Of a stretch of DNA of 18,449 nt, positions 16,922-18,449 are shown piece after piece. The stretch is from contig CAZECW010000096.1 of the NCBI GenBank assembly GCA_964510585.1, positions 1 to 18,449 of the forward strand, in the 5' to 3' direction. Source of the DNA: an uncultured archaeon (lineage in GTDB: Archaea; Asgardarchaeota; Jordiarchaeia; Jordiarchaeales; Jordiarchaeaceae). Every line of letters starts with the position of its first letter. The stretch's first letter is position 1. The notes beneath the pieces were generated by a model, which was not told the DNA's origin, searched no databases, and saw nothing but the letters and a program-made list of their open reading frames with translations. Both the position numbers and the translations under genes were made by a program.

Positions 16922-16939
16922 CAAATTTAGATAAATTTG
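16922..16939. promoter_or_regulatory. 8-2-8 palindrome CAAATTTA-GA-TAAATTTG, candidate operator
   Basis: Between the TATA-like TTTATAT (16889-16895) and the SD GAGAGGTG of the LbH gene. Confidence 0.35.
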
Positions 16940-16956
16940 TTGAGAGGTGTTGTGAT

Positions 16957-17748
16957 ATGCCTAAGAAGAAGGAAGAGAATGTAGAAGAGTCGAAAATTCG
17001 TAGACCGCCGCGGGTTGTTTTGGTTTTGGGAAGCGCCACCCTGATTAGTACCATAGCTGCGGCTTTGGCGTCTCTTGGAATTTGTTATGGATTATACCTA
17101 TTGTTTGACCAGTTTTGGGGTGGAGCGCCAATTTATGTTTGGATTGCGATAACTCCCTTTTTGTATTTCGCCGTCAAGTGGGCCTTCAAACTGACACTAC
17201 TTTGTTACGCCCACTTCAACATAAAACCTTTGGAGGAAGGCTACCACGACTTTGATATGCGGGACGAAACGGTTAGAAAGTGGGTTGTAAATGCTGCGCT
17301 GACTTCGTTCACCGGCGTGATTGTGGGCACATTCCCCTGGGGTCAACCGGGTATCGGAGCCAGAGTTTTCAGAGCCATGGGTGCCAAAATGGGTAAAAAC
17401 TCTATTGCCGCAATTTTGGGTGAACCCTACATGGTTGAGATGGGTGACAATTCCACCTGTGGAGTTAGCTCCATTCTGGCAACACACGTAATCGAAGGCA
17501 ACAAATTCTACATGGCTAAAATAAGGATAGGAAACAATGTGGTGGTAGGGGGACAATCAATGATCTTTCCAGGAGTCACCATAGGCGATAATTCAATAAT
17601 TGCAGCCATGTCCCTTGTTCCCAAAGACACTAAAATTCCTCCAAACACTGTCTGGGCGGGAGTCCCAGCACGCCAAGTGGGCATAGTGGATAAGGATGGA
17701 AAAATAGTAAAAGTGCAGACAGAGGAACTGAAAAGACTCGGAAGATAA
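16957..17748 (+). CDS. Membrane-anchored hexapeptide-repeat (left-handed beta-helix) acyltransferase-like protein; ATG 16957 preferred over TTG 16801
   Basis: SD GAGAGGTG before ATG 16957; two hydrophobic helices, then FRAMGAKMGK, VEMGDN, IRIGNNVVVGGQSMIFPGVTIGDNSIIAAMSLV, WAGVPAR. Confidence 0.85.
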   Translation: MPKKKEENVEESKIRRPPRVVLVLGSATLISTIAAALASLGICYGLYLLFDQFWGGAPIYVWIAITPFLYFAVKWAFKLTLLCYAHFNIKPLEEGYHDFDMRDETVRKWVVNAALTSFTGVIVGTFPWGQPGIGARVFRAMGAKMGKNSIAAILGEPYMVEMGDNSTCGVSSILATHVIEGNKFYMAKIRIGNNVVVGGQSMIFPGVTIGDNSIIAAMSLVPKDTKIPPNTVWAGVPARQVGIVDKDGKIVKVQTEELKRLGR

Positions 17749-17763
17749 AGGACTATTCACATA

Positions 17764-17778
17764 CCTTTTCTTTTGTTT
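17764..17778 (+). terminator. Oligo-T tract, putative terminator after the LbH gene
   Basis: CCTTTTCTTTTGTTT 15 nt after the stop codon. Confidence 0.4.
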
Positions 17779-18395
17779 ACTGTTCCAATTTTTAAAAGGG
17801 AGAACACAAATGGAATGTCTGCCCAACCTTAAGGGGGTGTCCCGTTTAAACATCCAATACCTAAGGCGCCCTTCTCCCTAAACTCATTTTCAAATACTAA
17901 CAAATATGTTCTGTTACACAATTTTACTTTTAAAATAGTTTGTTGGATTCTGAAAATTTTTCAACAATGTGAAATTGCAAAAAGGCTGAAAATTAAAAAA
18001 TAAGAATTATCCTACGTGGCAAATAGGCGATTTAGATTTAGTTGGTTCTTTTTCCCTCATTAAGGCTCTAAACCGCGAAAGAAGCTTTTATACGCTCCTT
18101 GAGGAACAATCGTGCTATTATATCCATATTTTTGGGGAGCACTCCCTTCTGTGAGTTCCTTTTTGTGGAGTTATTTGGGAGAATGTGTATTTCCATTTTT
18201 TTAACACCGTCATGTATAAAGTGGGGGCGGGAGGTATTGCGAAGACAGAGTAAAAGGACAGGACAAAACATAAAACCAGCATTAGGGAGTGTCGTTTAAA
18301 CATATTGATTATACATAACCTTTACAATAGGCACAATGTAATAATTATGTTTTTGGGAGTTAAGTTAACTAACCCCTTTTCGTCTAAATGAGGGT

Positions 18396-18449
18396 ATGTC
18401 AGTCGAAGAAGTTTTTGAAGGCACAAACCTTGAAAACCTCCGCCACCTC
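18396..18449 (+). CDS. Probable N-terminus of a gene running off the window (MSVEEVFEGTNLENLRHL...)
   Basis: Open frame from ATG 18396 to the edge, preceded by an AT-rich promoter-like tract; only 18 codons visible. Confidence 0.4.
   Translation, partial: MSVEEVFEGTNLENLRHL

Noticed and set aside
16801-16956. 52-aa N-terminal extension of the LbH ORF
   Set aside because: Spans AT-rich promoter sequence; the SD points to ATG 16957.
1-18449. CRISPR arrays, IS elements, integrases, rRNA/tRNA, C/D-box sRNAs, Sec/Pyl read-through
   Set aside because: No regularly spaced repeats, terminal inverted repeats with transposase, RNA-gene signatures, or in-frame TGA/TAG interrupting a conserved domain were seen by eye; Infernal and tRNAscan would be needed to exclude small RNAs fully.

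Overview
An archaeal-looking chromosomal window (archaeal-type glucose dehydrogenase, Lrp/AsnC regulator, BRE/TATA-type promoters, GGAGG/GGTG Shine-Dalgarno sites, Fe-S and sulfur-carrier proteins); the lineage cannot be fixed from sequence alone. In order: a YbjN/CesT-like gene whose 5' part is exactly duplicated at the window edge (1-119 = 479-597), a lipoate-protein ligase, an MDR-family glucose-dehydrogenase-like enzyme with altered active-site residues, two tandem paralogous SAM methyltransferases, TspO, a small Cys-motif ORF, a DsrE-like protein divergent from an Lrp regulator, an HD hydrolase, an 86-aa orphan ORF, a translationally coupled DEDD exonuclease + DUF1998 helicase pair (MrfB/MrfA-like), a winged-helix/Cys-rich/ferredoxin protein, CopA with a C-terminal YHS domain that has its own internal start signal, an acidic hypothetical protein, a membrane-anchored left-handed beta-helix protein, and a roughly 650-bp non-coding tail. 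I found no rRNA, tRNA, CRISPR array, transposase or integrase. No single locus is demonstrably a new system. The best leads are the orphan ORF + MrfBA module with its repeated promoter motif, the CopA-YHS dual-translation arrangement, the shared TGTTAACA promoter palindrome, the small Cys ORF, the HTH-Fe-S protein and the stand-alone membrane LbH protein. All family assignments come from motif recognition, not database searches.
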